Source: Hydrurus foetidus
Taxonomy: Eukaryota
NCBI GenBank assembly: GCA_900617105.1
Contig: UYFQ01000208.1
Location: forward strand, 1-35,007
Reading direction: 5' to 3'
DNA length: 35,007 bases
Positions 1-10,660 of the stretch are shown in pieces; the stretch's first letter is position 1, and every line of letters starts with the position of its first letter. Position numbers and translations under genes: made by a program. The notes under the pieces were generated by a model that was not told where the DNA came from, did not search any database, and saw only the letters and a program-made list of their open reading frames with translations.

Positions 1-337
1 TTCTCTACCTTACTTTACTTCACTTTACTTTGCTTTACTTCTGCACTATCATGTCTCAATGCATCTGTAAGACATCTGATGGCTCGACATATGAGCAACT
101 AACTCATTTTTGTACATGAGAGGATGATCCGTCTCATATCTCTCCCCAATCATCGGGAATCACAGTGTCTTTTCGGCCTTACTGTTGCTGCAGTGTTTTG
201 TGTTCTTCTATCTAGAGCGAGACAGCTTTGTAACGTCCGCTGATGATAATGTTGTTATGTTGTATTGTCCCACTTGACCCTCACTATTGCTAAACTCACG
301 TGTAATTCTTCTTTCGATATTTCATTTACTCTCACAG

Positions 338-1684
338 ATTTTAATTGAATTACGATCCAAATGCGAAAAAGCGTTTCGTGATAATCCCTCCGCTGAGAAT
401 CACGGAAATCTGGAAGGTATAAAAACAAAAAGGTTCTTCGAATCTGATAGGTCCAAGATCCACAGCACGTACGCTACAGTACTATCTCTTACGCAGAAGG
501 TAAAAATGTTGATCACCAACAAAACGGATTGAATTAAAGGAATTGAATTGAATTGAATTGAATTGAATTGAATTGAATAAAATAAAATAAAATAGCATTG
601 ACTGAAACAGAATGGAATTCAGTGGAAGAGAAGAGAAGAGAAGAGAAGAGAAGAGAAGAGAAGAGAAGAGAAGATTGAAGTGAATTAATTGGTTTCTGCT
701 CAATTAAAATAGCATAGAATAAAATAGTGTAGGCTAGCACTGTGCATTCTAAAATTGTATCGGATTGTGTAGAATTCAATTGAAATTCAATTTTTTGATG
801 ATGTCTTTGTTATGAACACACGAAGAGAGTCGTGTCGTGAAATAGTAGGGACGTCCAATTATTTGATTCAGTAAACACAAGATGACTACTGATGTTGTCA
901 ATTTACCATATTGTATGTATTACTGGGACAGAATAAAATGTCCAAAACAAAGAATGAAAACAGGTTTGAGCGCTGTTGAAATCACCATTTCCATATTTAC
1001 CGGATTCATTCATATTTACCGGACATTCTATTCTGTCCCGGTAATATTGGATAGCATATTCTGTAGTATATTACCGTTCGGACTGAAATTGAAACCTGCT
1101 CTGTCATGTCTCATTCTAAATCTTGCACTAAGACCGCTCCCTAGAGACTGAGGTCTGAGATCTGATTTTGCGTTTTTCTTGGAACTCAGAACTCAATCCG
1201 TAAGGAGCGGTCTAATCTCCTTCAACCTCTTCATTTCACCTTCGCTTAACACACCTTACCTAACCACGCTTTCTAACGCAATGCAGTCACTGCACTACAC
1301 TATTCACCCTCATTTCGCACCGCCTCTCTGCTTCCTCTTCTTTCTTCTGCTCTTTAGGATGTATCTCGTAATCTGAGCTCCTTAGGAATCCTTCACTTTA
1401 AGGAGGTCATGATAGATGATGTGTACATAGCGGACATACTAATATCCCACACATCCGCTCATGTGTACATACTAAGTGGCTACAAGGGTTTGATTATAGA
1501 AGTGGATGGGCCCACTCATTACGAAAACTATCAGCTGCTGCCACTCGGCCCCACAGCCATGAAGAAGAGACATTTGCAAGCAGCAGGATATCTAGTACGT
1601 ACACTCCCTTACTGGGCGTACGCACTTACTAGCAGTGACGCACTCAAAAAGAAAACGCTTCTTGCTTTGATGAAGGCGACTTGA
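338..1684 (+). CDS. RAP-domain (FASTK/RAP, PD-(D/E)XK-like) RNA-binding protein, last two exons (338-499, 1358-1684); 5' exons not identified
   Basis: Acceptor ctcacag|338, donor AAG|gt at 500 and acceptor tttag|1358 join in phase 0 to give ...SLTQK|DVSRNLSSLGILHFKEVMIDDVYIADI...IIEVDGPTHY...GPTAMKKRHLQAAGYLVRTLPYW, the RAP-domain signature. Confidence 0.85.
528..674. repeat. Compound intronic microsatellite (GAATT)n / (AAAAT)n / (GAAGA)n
   Basis: Pentanucleotide runs seen directly within the RAP gene intron. Confidence 0.95.
918..1046. repeat. Inverted repeat (possible MITE relic) in the RAP intron
   Basis: 918-943 tattactgggacagaataaaatgtcc matches the reverse complement of 1021-1046 at 24/26 positions. 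Confidence 0.6.
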
Positions 1685-2853
1685 TAACTGCCACTTGACA
1701 ACAGCTACTTTATCGCAGTGTACACGTGTAAATTGGTGTACAGTATGGTTAATCATTGCTTTAATTGTGTACTCGACTCTTGCTTTCTTTTGCGTTAGTG
1801 CTTGATGAAACAGGAGAAGTGAGCAGAACTAAGAACTAGTGTAAATCGACGTGCAATTGTTCTGTTCTGATCCAGGGTTCTGTGCTTTGCTATGTTGAGT
1901 TGCCTGTGAGTGACTTAACTCCTTGTCGAGTCAAATGACCAACCCGACCACATTTCCACTCACTTGGAATTGGCGCCTTGCAGCACCTGTCAGTTGGTGA
2001 TTTCTCTTTCCTAGACCTGTCACGAATGTTTCGTGCAATTCAAAGTTAGGCATTATATCACGGATTTTGGTGCAATCCAAACCATCTATGCTGCCCCTTG
2101 AAAACATTTTGCACTGGACCAGAAACATTCGTGAACTTAAACTGACCATTTCCAATTTTATTCAGGAAAGAGAAATAAATAGTCAGTCCATAAAACATAG
2201 AAGCATAGTCCATCTATAGAGAACACTAATGAAGTTAATCGCGCTCACTGACGCCTGGCTGAAGTGTGCCAGCACACCAATACTGTTTTACATCACAAAT
2301 TCCAAAATGGAAAAGTAAGTAAATTAAAGAAAATAGATATACCGAGAGGCAGATTACCCGTACATGGATGTCAGAATGGCCCTCTAGGGATCCCCCTGAA
2401 AGTGGTCACGGGTACGAACAAAAAGTGAATGCTATTCAAGTATGATCAGTTAAATATTGCATAGAGGCTACGCCGCAGTCAACAGCTGTGAGGCAGATCT
2501 TGAACACTCGAGAATATACAGATGTAGATTCAAGCTTGCATGAGGTTATTTCGAGAAGTTGTGCCCTGGTCATACCCCCACAAACTTCGAAGTCGGAAAT
2601 ACAGCATCGAGCTAAGGTGACCGCAGCGCAGTTTAGGTCGAATATGGCAGTAAGTTTATGTATAGGGGCGTCGAGATAGTAGCCGACAGTGCACTCCCTT
2701 GGTTCCTCATTATAATTGCACACTGTACCAAGATCAATGACTGTGAAGGTATTTCCTGTCATCATAATATTCTACGGCTGGTGACTGGGTCCAACTTTGT
2801 CGGACAATGTGCGGTCGCTCAAAAGTCGCATGAAAGGGCGTTGTGCGACTCAT
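1577..2853. repeat. 1,277-bp segmental duplication, copy 1 (copy 2 at 9217-10493)
   Basis: Colinear at offset 7640; about six substitutions found by eye (1712, 1716, 1726, 2076, 2117, 2561). Confidence 0.97.
2436..2772 (-). pseudogene. C-terminal protein-kinase fragment within duplication copy 1
   Basis: ORF 2436..2765 MMTGNTFTVIDLG...FDLNCAAVTLARC is the same C-lobe segment as at 10076-10412; it is cut by the hAT-MITE left end at 2773. Confidence 0.7.
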
Positions 2854-3112
2854 CTATTCCGTTTAGTAACAGGCGTCACATGGGAGGTGCTCGTTTTCCC
2901 TTGAGCGTTCGAGCTCTCCCTTTCTTATCCCCTAAGGGTCCGGCTGTTGTTGTATGGAAACCCGATAGATAGTAGAGAGGCAACAGTAATGTTATCTTAC
3001 ATGTGGCTTCGCTTGCGATTCAGATTACCGATCATCGCCTCGACGACCCTCTCCTCCTCGAGATTGGGTCGTGTTAGCTACGGATGGATCGTGGGTCCCG
3101 ATGCCCTTCACC
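2853..3112 (-). repeat. Split direct repeat B2 (260 bp; B1 at 3431-3690)
   Basis: tctattccgtttagtaac...gatgcccttcacc occurs at both positions, offset 578, with no differences seen by eye. Confidence 0.95.
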
Positions 3113-3195
3113 ATCTGACGCGCAAGCGTCAGACAACATTACATTCAAATACAAGTAAATATACACATGCATTATAGGATCTGGCTGGCTACGGG

Positions 3196-3227
3196 GTGAC
3201 TTTTGAATACTTTTACTCACACGACAA
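3196..3227 (-). repeat. Part of repeat A2 matching the surviving A1 remnant at 9188-9219
   Basis: gtgacttttgaatacttttact[c/a]acacgacaa, 31/32 identical. Confidence 0.85.
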
Positions 3228-3430
3228 TTATTCAAAATATGATAGTGTGCAGCGTGTCAATTCATCTGTCCGTCTTTCGAATTGCGATGTATACAACGCT
3301 ATCGTTTTCATATACATGGTGTAACGCTATTCATTTTCATTACGGTATAATAATCCGTGCGCCGGATACTTTTGGTTCCTTGTTCCTCGCACTCCAGAGA
3401 ACCTATCCTGCCGTGGCGGCATCCAATAAT

Positions 3431-3690
3431 TCTATTCCGTTTAGTAACAGGCGTCACATGGGAGGTGCTCGTTTTCCCTTGAGCGTTCGAGCTCTCCCTT
3501 TCTTATCCCCTAAGGGTCCGGCTGTTGTTGTATGGAAACCCGATAGATAGTAGAGAGGCAACAGTAATGTTATCTTACATGTGGCTTCGCTTGCGATTCA
3601 GATTACCGATCATCGCCTCGACGACCCTCTCCTCCTCGAGATTGGGTCGTGTTAGCTACGGATGGATCGTGGGTCCCGATGCCCTTCACC
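3431..3690 (-). repeat. Split direct repeat B1
   Basis: Matches 2853-3112; lies immediately downstream of the YR stop codon (3695). Confidence 0.95.
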
Positions 3691-3694
3691 CACA

Positions 3695-5068
3695 CTAACC
3701 ACGGGCATTCGCTCTGACTTGCTCTCGTGAATTTCGGGGAGCTGGTATCAAACGCCGTACGTCTATGACAGACGGTATCATACCTCCGACAAGACTATTG
3801 GATGCCAATGGTCCTAGTCCTGTAGCGTAGTCATAATTCTGATTCATGACTTGCGAGTTTGGAGCGTAATTTCCCCGGTCTCTACGATCGTCCTCAGTAG
3901 CACCTGCTGATCTCATGTGAGTGATGCTAGCTTTCCGGAGAGAATGCGAACTGAAGTATGCCGGTGGTAAACCGTGCAGATCGCAGGCAAACTTCACCTG
4001 AGTGCGAATTGTTCTTCCAGTTAGAGAAATAGATCGCCCCCCATTCTCTCTGTGACTGAATAAGTTGTCTTCGCCCTCCGATCTGCTCCGAATGATAAAG
4101 AGGCCTAGGTCTTCCAGAAACTGAACTTCTTCTGGGGAGCGACGGGATATGAGCTTGGACTTGACTACCGGCTTGTTTTTGCAGCTGGCGGCGAGAACTC
4201 GACATTCCATTATCTGTTTGACAAACGCGCCGACCTCAGTGCCATTTGATAGACACAGATTCGAAAGCTCGCTCCCAACGACACCGTTAATCAAACTAGG
4301 GATCGACATGTAGAATGTCAGATCGTCCACTCTCACACAGTGGTCGACTGATCCAGGCTCAGGTCTCGTGTACTCTGATATGCGTGAACTTTGATCAAAG
4401 CCCCAAATACAACCCAGGTACGACATTCTGCTTTTTACTCCGGTACCATTCCATGAATGACCGTTCCACAGTCGTTCCCTCATTTCTGTGAGGATGGCCG
4501 CACATATGGGTAGCTTGACATTGGCGGACGCTCCAGCGTTCCTGATGGTGCGGAGCTCCGTGGGACTGAGCTTGCAGGAGGTACGTGCTGTAGTAATGAT
4601 CGCTGCGTCCAAGAATGTCGTGGACTCGAGCTCTTGAGTAAAGTGCAAACGAATTCCTGCTGTAACGGATGTTGCAGATTTCCCTCGATGTCCGGCTTCA
4701 TAACGACGCAACAGAAACAGTCCAATTAAAGCTGACTTTTCTCTTTCATCCACTCCTTTCAAAAATGGATCGCTCACTGCTGACTCATTGGATAGGAATT
4801 TCTTCCAGAGCGCCCAGTGTCGATCGTACGTTTTCCGAGTATTCGATAGAACCGACCGTCCAAGAAATGCCGCTAAATCTTCTCTGTTCCTTTCCGTTAG
4901 CATTCCTTTGGGTCCTGATATTATGTCAGATGATGTTAGTTTATGAAGTCTCCAAATGAAGAGACGCAATAGATGTTGTCGGCAGATTGCGAGAGGGAGA
5001 AGGAAACCGGTTGACCAACGATAGAGCAGCTGACTTTGCAGTGCTCCAGAACTGAACGAACTTTTCAT
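3695..5068 (-). CDS. Tyrosine recombinase of the YR retrotransposon (true start uncertain, possibly MLTERNRE near 4905)
   Basis: N-terminal T..Y...W..W..F motif (NTRKTYDRHWALWKKF), catalytic R (SSRISEY), H-x-x-R (SHSLRK) and C-terminal Tyr (QNYDY); overlaps the end of the RT ORF. Confidence 0.9.
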   Translation of the reverse strand: MKSSFSSGALQSQLLYRWSTGFLLPLAICRQHLLRLFIWRLHKLTSSDIISGPKGMLTERNREDLAAFLGRSVLSNTRKTYDRHWALWKKFLSNESAVSDPFLKGVDEREKSALIGLFLLRRYEAGHRGKSATSVTAGIRLHFTQELESTTFLDAAIITTARTSCKLSPTELRTIRNAGASANVKLPICAAILTEMRERLWNGHSWNGTGVKSRMSYLGCIWGFDQSSRISEYTRPEPGSVDHCVRVDDLTFYMSIPSLINGVVGSELSNLCLSNGTEVGAFVKQIMECRVLAASCKNKPVVKSKLISRRSPEEVQFLEDLGLFIIRSRSEGEDNLFSHRENGGRSISLTGRTIRTQVKFACDLHGLPPAYFSSHSLRKASITHMRSAGATEDDRRDRGNYAPNSQVMNQNYDYATGLGPLASNSLVGGMIPSVIDVRRLIPAPRNSREQVRANARG

Positions 5069-7130
5069 CAGAGTCTAAGGCTTGCGCTGGATCGCACAAT
5101 GAGATTAGTGCTAAGACATCCGGGTCCTCCTGTGCGTTCACAAATAGAGCTCCGAATATTCCCAATTCCTCAGCATGCTTCTCAATTGTTTTTATTGTTT
5201 TGGTCCCTCTTCTGGACAGCTCATCACATCTCCAATTGTCAGTACCGGCGATGTGAATGATTTCTCTTATATCGACATCGGCCGTTGTACATAAAATAGC
5301 CCAGACCATTGCTGCGTTGGTAACAATAGACCCTCTTGAACGCTCCGTTAGTGCCCAAGTTAGCGCTGTAACACTGTCGCCACGAAGGGTCAGACTCTGT
5401 CCTTGATGTCCCAGGATAATGTGTCCTACGACCCCCAGGATGGCTCCTATGAACTCAGACAAATTTTGAAAGGATGAGTCGTCCCCAAACCGTAGGAATG
5501 ACAAATCCACAGTACAGACACCCCTCTCCACCTCTGAACTATTGGATCGACTGTACCATATAAGCCCTGCGCCGTGCAGTGACGCATCGAATTCAGCTAT
5601 CATAACTGGGATTGCTGGTGCAAATGACTCCAACGTTCGAGTAAACTCCACTTCGTGATACCGAACCAAGCAAAGCATAGCGCACCAACTTTTAATTGCA
5701 ATCTTGGCCTCTGCAGTTAGGATGTTTGTACGCCCCACGCTGAGCCTATGGAGAGCTCCACAGAAGGGGCGCATAACTCGACAAATTTTTCCATAGCGGC
5801 TTGCCCATGAAGCGAGCCGTTGGGCAGTTTTCACGAACATGTGTTCTTCGACATTGATCGTAAGGAATCCATGTAAAGCCTTTAGGAAGTTCTTCCGAGC
5901 AATTAGTACTCTCTGAATGTCGAGGTCAATTGTGTAACCAATGACGTCAATCCTCCTGTTCACTTCCGTCTTGTCATCTGCGACTGCTTGAGGACCAAGA
6001 AGTTTCGTGCATATGTCTCTTGTCTTCCTTAAATCCTCTTCGATTTCACTGTTAACGCCGACACCAATGATGTCATCCACATACATCAGGGTGGCACTAT
6101 GCAGAGAGTTCTCAAGCTCCCAAGTTATAGCTCTCGTAACTACTTGGAATGCTGCCGGCGTTCCTGCCCAACCGAAAATTCCTGCCATTTGGAAATATAC
6201 GAGATTGCCTGTCAGTAGCATACCGAATAGCCCAACGTCTTCTGGACGAAATGACAGAAGCGTGTATGCTCCTTTCAAGTCCATTTTCCAGATGCGTAAG
6301 CTGCTCCACAGTGCTGTGGGATTTCTCTCCTTTAGTTCCGTCCAAAACTTGCAAATCATTTTTGAGATGTCTTCAATTGTAGGGTGTGATATCGCGCCAT
6401 AGAACTCGGCCGCTGCAGCAGCTGTTTCAGGAGTGTTCAATGGCGTACCATCGACGAAAGTAAGGTCTCCTAGAGGCCGACCTGAAGCTTTTCCTTTTTT
6501 CCGTGTCCAATGTGCTTTACAAAGGTGGAGGTTTGGGACAAGCTCCTTCGCTACTTCGAACGGCATGACGAACGCTAGTTGCTGCTCTATGATGTCGCCA
6601 AGCATTTTGTTGACGGCACATGAAACCGACAGGTACGTGGCTCGCAACGCTGTTTGAACTGACTTCCCGTTTGGTGTAAATCCTTGTGGGAAATGTACGC
6701 GCATGCCTCCTGCAAGGTCCATCATGCGAATTCTCTCTGGGTTATCAGCGCGTAGGCTTCCAACTCTGTCAATATTTAAACGGGTTGGGGCGAGACTCTC
6801 AAGTCGTTGTCGCACCATCTCGATGAAATTCCATTCAGCAGCTTTGAGCCACACGTTTGAGTTTTCCATATAGTGACTTGGAAATTGATATCCAGCCGCC
6901 CATTGAATGGCAGATTCGACGTCAAAGTCATTTTTAGCGACTTCAGAAGCTTCCTCCAGTAGCGACTGAAATGATTTTTCACTTATTCCTAATCCGTTGG
7001 AGAAACACGTCTTTGCCCAATCAGGTATGGACAAGGGTATAGAGCTCCAATCGTTGGAAGGTGTGGCGTGCAAGCCAGATCTCTGTATCTCGATTGAGAT
7101 CAGAGCCGTTTCTTTCACGGATTGTTTCAT
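4941..7130 (-). CDS. Reverse transcriptase + RNase H (DIRS-type)
   Basis: WKMDLKGAY, FGWAGTPAAF and YVDDII RT motifs; RNase H motifs FDASLHGAG, LSEF, RGDSVTAL and HIAGTDNWRCDELSR. Confidence 0.93.
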   Translation of the reverse strand: MKQSVKETALISIEIQRSGLHATPSNDWSSIPLSIPDWAKTCFSNGLGISEKSFQSLLEEASEVAKNDFDVESAIQWAAGYQFPSHYMENSNVWLKAAEWNFIEMVRQRLESLAPTRLNIDRVGSLRADNPERIRMMDLAGGMRVHFPQGFTPNGKSVQTALRATYLSVSCAVNKMLGDIIEQQLAFVMPFEVAKELVPNLHLCKAHWTRKKGKASGRPLGDLTFVDGTPLNTPETAAAAAEFYGAISHPTIEDISKMICKFWTELKERNPTALWSSLRIWKMDLKGAYTLLSFRPEDVGLFGMLLTGNLVYFQMAGIFGWAGTPAAFQVVTRAITWELENSLHSATLMYVDDIIGVGVNSEIEEDLRKTRDICTKLLGPQAVADDKTEVNRRIDVIGYTIDLDIQRVLIARKNFLKALHGFLTINVEEHMFVKTAQRLASWASRYGKICRVMRPFCGALHRLSVGRTNILTAEAKIAIKSWCAMLCLVRYHEVEFTRTLESFAPAIPVMIAEFDASLHGAGLIWYSRSNSSEVERGVCTVDLSFLRFGDDSSFQNLSEFIGAILGVVGHIILGHQGQSLTLRGDSVTALTWALTERSRGSIVTNAAMVWAILCTTADVDIREIIHIAGTDNWRCDELSRRGTKTIKTIEKHAEELGIFGALFVNAQEDPDVLALISLCDPAQALDSDEKFVQFWSTAKSAALSLVNRFPSPSRNLPTTSIASLHLETS

Positions 7131-7583
7131 GTGGCTGATGGAGTTATATGTGCACGCTCCACCGTACGCTTGATTTGCTGGTTACCATAATCACAACGGG
7201 AGAAAAGAGTGAGATACATAGATGATAACTTACCGTTCAATCGACACCTCGACTGCTATATTGCACACATTATGCATCGCAACGAATAGAAGATATCACA
7301 TTCACCCCATCTCACAGTCCCATGACTATAATGATTCCGATGTTCGTGCTTTATCGCCGTTTAAACTGTCTTTACGACAGCGTTAACTTTGGGTTCGCAC
7401 AACATCTTTTCTGAACGATATCTTGACGATATCATTTAGAAACCACACACACAATTGATTCAAGAGCAAGCAGTCAACCTTTGATTGAGTATGCTATAAC
7501 GGTACGACAACGACATGTTAAGATTTTTACGGCTTACCATGCGGTCGCAGAGCGTTGCTCGTTCTTTTAGTTTCCTGAACTAG

Positions 7584-9182
7584 TCAGACCTGCAGCTTAG
7601 CTGCCTTTCTCAAATCTTCACGAGCCAACTCTGGCATCGTTGCGATTAGATCACTGATTTCCTTCTCAGTCTTTCCTTTCTTTCCGACGTGTTGGAATAT
7701 ACACTTCTTTCCGTACGCGCATTGGTAACCTTTACCGTCTGCATAAACCGCTTTCAATTGTTTGCCAAGATGGCCGACACATGGTCTAGTAGAAACCTCC
7801 TTCTTCTTTTCGACTAAAGAAGGAGTTTTGGATTTCGATGCAGGTGACTTGGACTTAGGAGTTATTGCAGCCTCTCGTGCCAGTCTCACTCTGTAGTGCA
7901 CCTCTTCCTGAGCTCTCGACACGTTATCGGATAAATCCTCTGATAACTGGTCGAACATGGACCGTAGAAACAAACTGCATTCAGCCGGGTTCTTCAAAGA
8001 GACCTCATCAGACATTGATGTAGCTCTTTCGGATCTCACGACTCTGAAGAATTTCTTGAGAATGAACTCCACTGAATATTTCAAGAAATCTGCAGCCACT
8101 AACTCTAGAGGTCTACTAGATCCCTCCAAGTCCACTATGAACGCATCCAAACAACCCTCAAATGCTTTCGAGAAAAATATCAACATAGCGAGTTGAAAAT
8201 TCCTCAAAGCGGCCACCAAAGGGCGATTCTGTTCAAGACAAACGCTTGTAGAAACCGAGATCTTTTCGGAATCAGTGAAATCCTCGAGAGAGAGCGTCGG
8301 TGATGTACCCTCGACTAGAAAGGAACCAGTAAGTAAGAGTTTCAGACTTGAAGTTTTTTGAACGATATCAAGACTCTGAATCCTATCAAGAAAACCGCAT
8401 GATTCGAAGGCTTTGTGCCTATGATCAGCCCTCGTTTTCCCTTGGTCGATAATCATTGACCTATACTCCTCTGGCTGCAAGAGATAGTCTGTGCCCATTG
8501 CAAACTCCCACCTTTTTTCGTCTAAAGATCTGAAGATGAATCCTAGATCCTTCTCCCTCTGCGTCAGGTCAGTCTTATTTCTCGTTGGGTACTTACGCCC
8601 ATCAAGATCCAATATAAATTTGCACATACCTTTGTCATTGCTTAATTCGGCAGGCTCACCATTGAACCCCAGCTGCCGAATGCATGGTCGTTTAGCCGAA
8701 TCGTCAGTGTTCATATGTGGCTCTTTGCCACGATGGATTATAGATAACTGTGCCAGTCTATCGACTACGTAGGCTTTAGCGACTACAAAATGCAACGGAG
8801 ACGGAAATCTAACAAGTTGCCCGATCGGAACAACTTGTATACTTGCTTCATTTGAATACGCCAAGCAAATGGCGTACGACATAAGTGGTTGTGGTGGTCC
8901 AACTAACTTCAGGTAGAGTAGTGGTCCAGCAGCCATGAGATCGAAATTGAGAACCACGGTATCCTCTTTTGTAAAGAGAGGAACCATGATGATTGCATCT
9001 GGTGCAATATCAGTTGCAGCAACTTTTGCGCCTAGTTGCATCCCGAAATACTCTCCATCAGGTTCTGTCGATGTTGCTGTTAAGAGAGCTGCATCCTGCA
9101 AACTCTGCAACATTGACTCCGGGAGCGACACATGCGCTGGGATTCGTTGAACTCCGAAAGCGTTTGAACTGTTTGTTGACAT
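7584..9182 (-). CDS. ORF1 (gag-like) of the YR retrotransposon
   Basis: Open 532-aa ORF upstream of RT in the same orientation; C-terminal Cys/His cluster PCVGH...CAYGKKCIFQH after a basic S/P/K-rich linker. Confidence 0.75.
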   Translation of the reverse strand: MSTNSSNAFGVQRIPAHVSLPESMLQSLQDAALLTATSTEPDGEYFGMQLGAKVAATDIAPDAIIMVPLFTKEDTVVLNFDLMAAGPLLYLKLVGPPQPLMSYAICLAYSNEASIQVVPIGQLVRFPSPLHFVVAKAYVVDRLAQLSIIHRGKEPHMNTDDSAKRPCIRQLGFNGEPAELSNDKGMCKFILDLDGRKYPTRNKTDLTQREKDLGFIFRSLDEKRWEFAMGTDYLLQPEEYRSMIIDQGKTRADHRHKAFESCGFLDRIQSLDIVQKTSSLKLLLTGSFLVEGTSPTLSLEDFTDSEKISVSTSVCLEQNRPLVAALRNFQLAMLIFFSKAFEGCLDAFIVDLEGSSRPLELVAADFLKYSVEFILKKFFRVVRSERATSMSDEVSLKNPAECSLFLRSMFDQLSEDLSDNVSRAQEEVHYRVRLAREAAITPKSKSPASKSKTPSLVEKKKEVSTRPCVGHLGKQLKAVYADGKGYQCAYGKKCIFQHVGKKGKTEKEISDLIATMPELAREDLRKAAKLQV

Positions 9183-9216
9183 CTTTTGTGACTTTTGAAT
9201 ACTTTTACTAACACGA

Positions 9217-10493
9217 CAAGCAGCAGGATATCTAGTACGTACACTCCCTTACTGGGCGTACGCACTTACTAGCAGTGACGCACTCAAAAAGAAAACGCTT
9301 CTTGCTTTGATGAAGGCGACTTGATAACTGCCACTTGACAACAGCTACTTTGTCGTAGTGTACACTTGTAAATTGGTGTACAGTATGGTTAATCATTGCT
9401 TTAATTGTGTACTCGACTCTTGCTTTCTTTTGCGTTAGTGCTTGATGAAACAGGAGAAGTGAGCAGAACTAAGAACTAGTGTAAATCGACGTGCAATTGT
9501 TCTGTTCTGATCCAGGGTTCTGTGCTTTGCTATGTTGAGTTGCCTGTGAGTGACTTAACTCCTTGTCGAGTCAAATGACCAACCCGACCACATTTCCACT
9601 CACTTGGAATTGGCGCCTTGCAGCACCTGTCAGTTGGTGATTTCTCTTTCCTAGACCTGTCACGAATGTTTCGTGCAATTCAAAGTTAGGCATTATATCA
9701 CGGATTTTGGTGCAAACCAAACCATCTATGCTGCCCCTTGAAAACATTTTGCACTGAACCAGAAACATTCGTGAACTTAAACTGACCATTTCCAATTTTA
9801 TTCAGGAAAGAGAAATAAATAGTCAGTCCATAAAACATAGAAGCATAGTCCATCTATAGAGAACACTAATGAAGTTAATCGCGCTCACTGACGCCTGGCT
9901 GAAGTGTGCCAGCACACCAATACTGTTTTACATCACAAATTCCAAAATGGAAAAGTAAGTAAATTAAAGAAAATAGATATACCGAGAGGCAGATTACCCG
10001 TACATGGATGTCAGAATGGCCCTCTAGGGATCCCCCTGAAAGTGGTCACGGGTACGAACAAAAAGTGAATGCTATTCAAGTATGATCAGTTAAATATTGC
10101 ATAGAGGCTACGCCGCAGTCAACAGCTGTGAGGCAGATCTTGAACACTCGAGAATATACAGATGTAGATTCAAGCTTGCATGAGGTTATTTCGAGAAGTT
10201 ATGCCCTGGTCATACCCCCACAAACTTCGAAGTCGGAAATACAGCATCGAGCTAAGGTGACCGCAGCGCAGTTTAGGTCGAATATGGCAGTAAGTTTATG
10301 TATAGGGGCGTCGAGATAGTAGCCGACAGTGCACTCCCTTGGTTCCTCATTATAATTGCACACTGTACCAAGATCAATGACTGTGAAGGTATTTCCTGTC
10401 ATCATAATATTCTACGGCTGGTGACTGGGTCCAACTTTGTCGGACAATGTGCGGTCGCTCAAAAGTCGCATGAAAGGGCGTTGTGCGACTCAT
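9217..10493. repeat. 1,277-bp segmental duplication, copy 2 (last ~36 codons of the RAP gene, downstream DNA, kinase C-terminus and MITE left end)
   Basis: Near-identical to 1577-2853. Confidence 0.97.
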
Positions 10494-10660
10494 TATTTTG
10501 TTTCGTCTTTTATTTTTTACCATTTTGAAGATTTCCCTCGACGTTTCACTTTTCTTTTTTTTTAGTTTTTTAAAAACTTTCAAAATGTGCTTTTTATTTC
10601 TTTATCGTAACAATTTTCATCAGTACTCAGTAATTTTTTAGTTTTTTGTACTAAATTTTC

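Larger units (their letters stand above)
2853..9219 (-). mobile_element. Tyrosine-recombinase (DIRS-order) retrotransposon with split direct repeats, Ngaro/PAT-like; 5' repeat truncated
   Basis: Minus-strand order is A1 remnant (9188-9219), gag-like, RT/RNase H, YR, B1 (3431-3690), A2 (3196 to about 3430), B2 (2853-3112), the A1-ORFs-B1-A2-B2 layout of split-direct-repeat YR elements. Confidence 0.92.

Noticed and set aside
482..779. ORFs rich in SSLLF / NSIQF
   Set aside because: Translations of intronic pentanucleotide microsatellites.
1931..2155. 74-aa ORF present in both duplication copies
   Set aside because: Its conservation only reflects the recent duplication; no recognisable motif.
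1577..10493. The 1,277-bp repeats as LTRs of the YR element
   Set aside because: They consist of host RAP exon, kinase pseudogene and a MITE end; the element has its own A/B split repeats.
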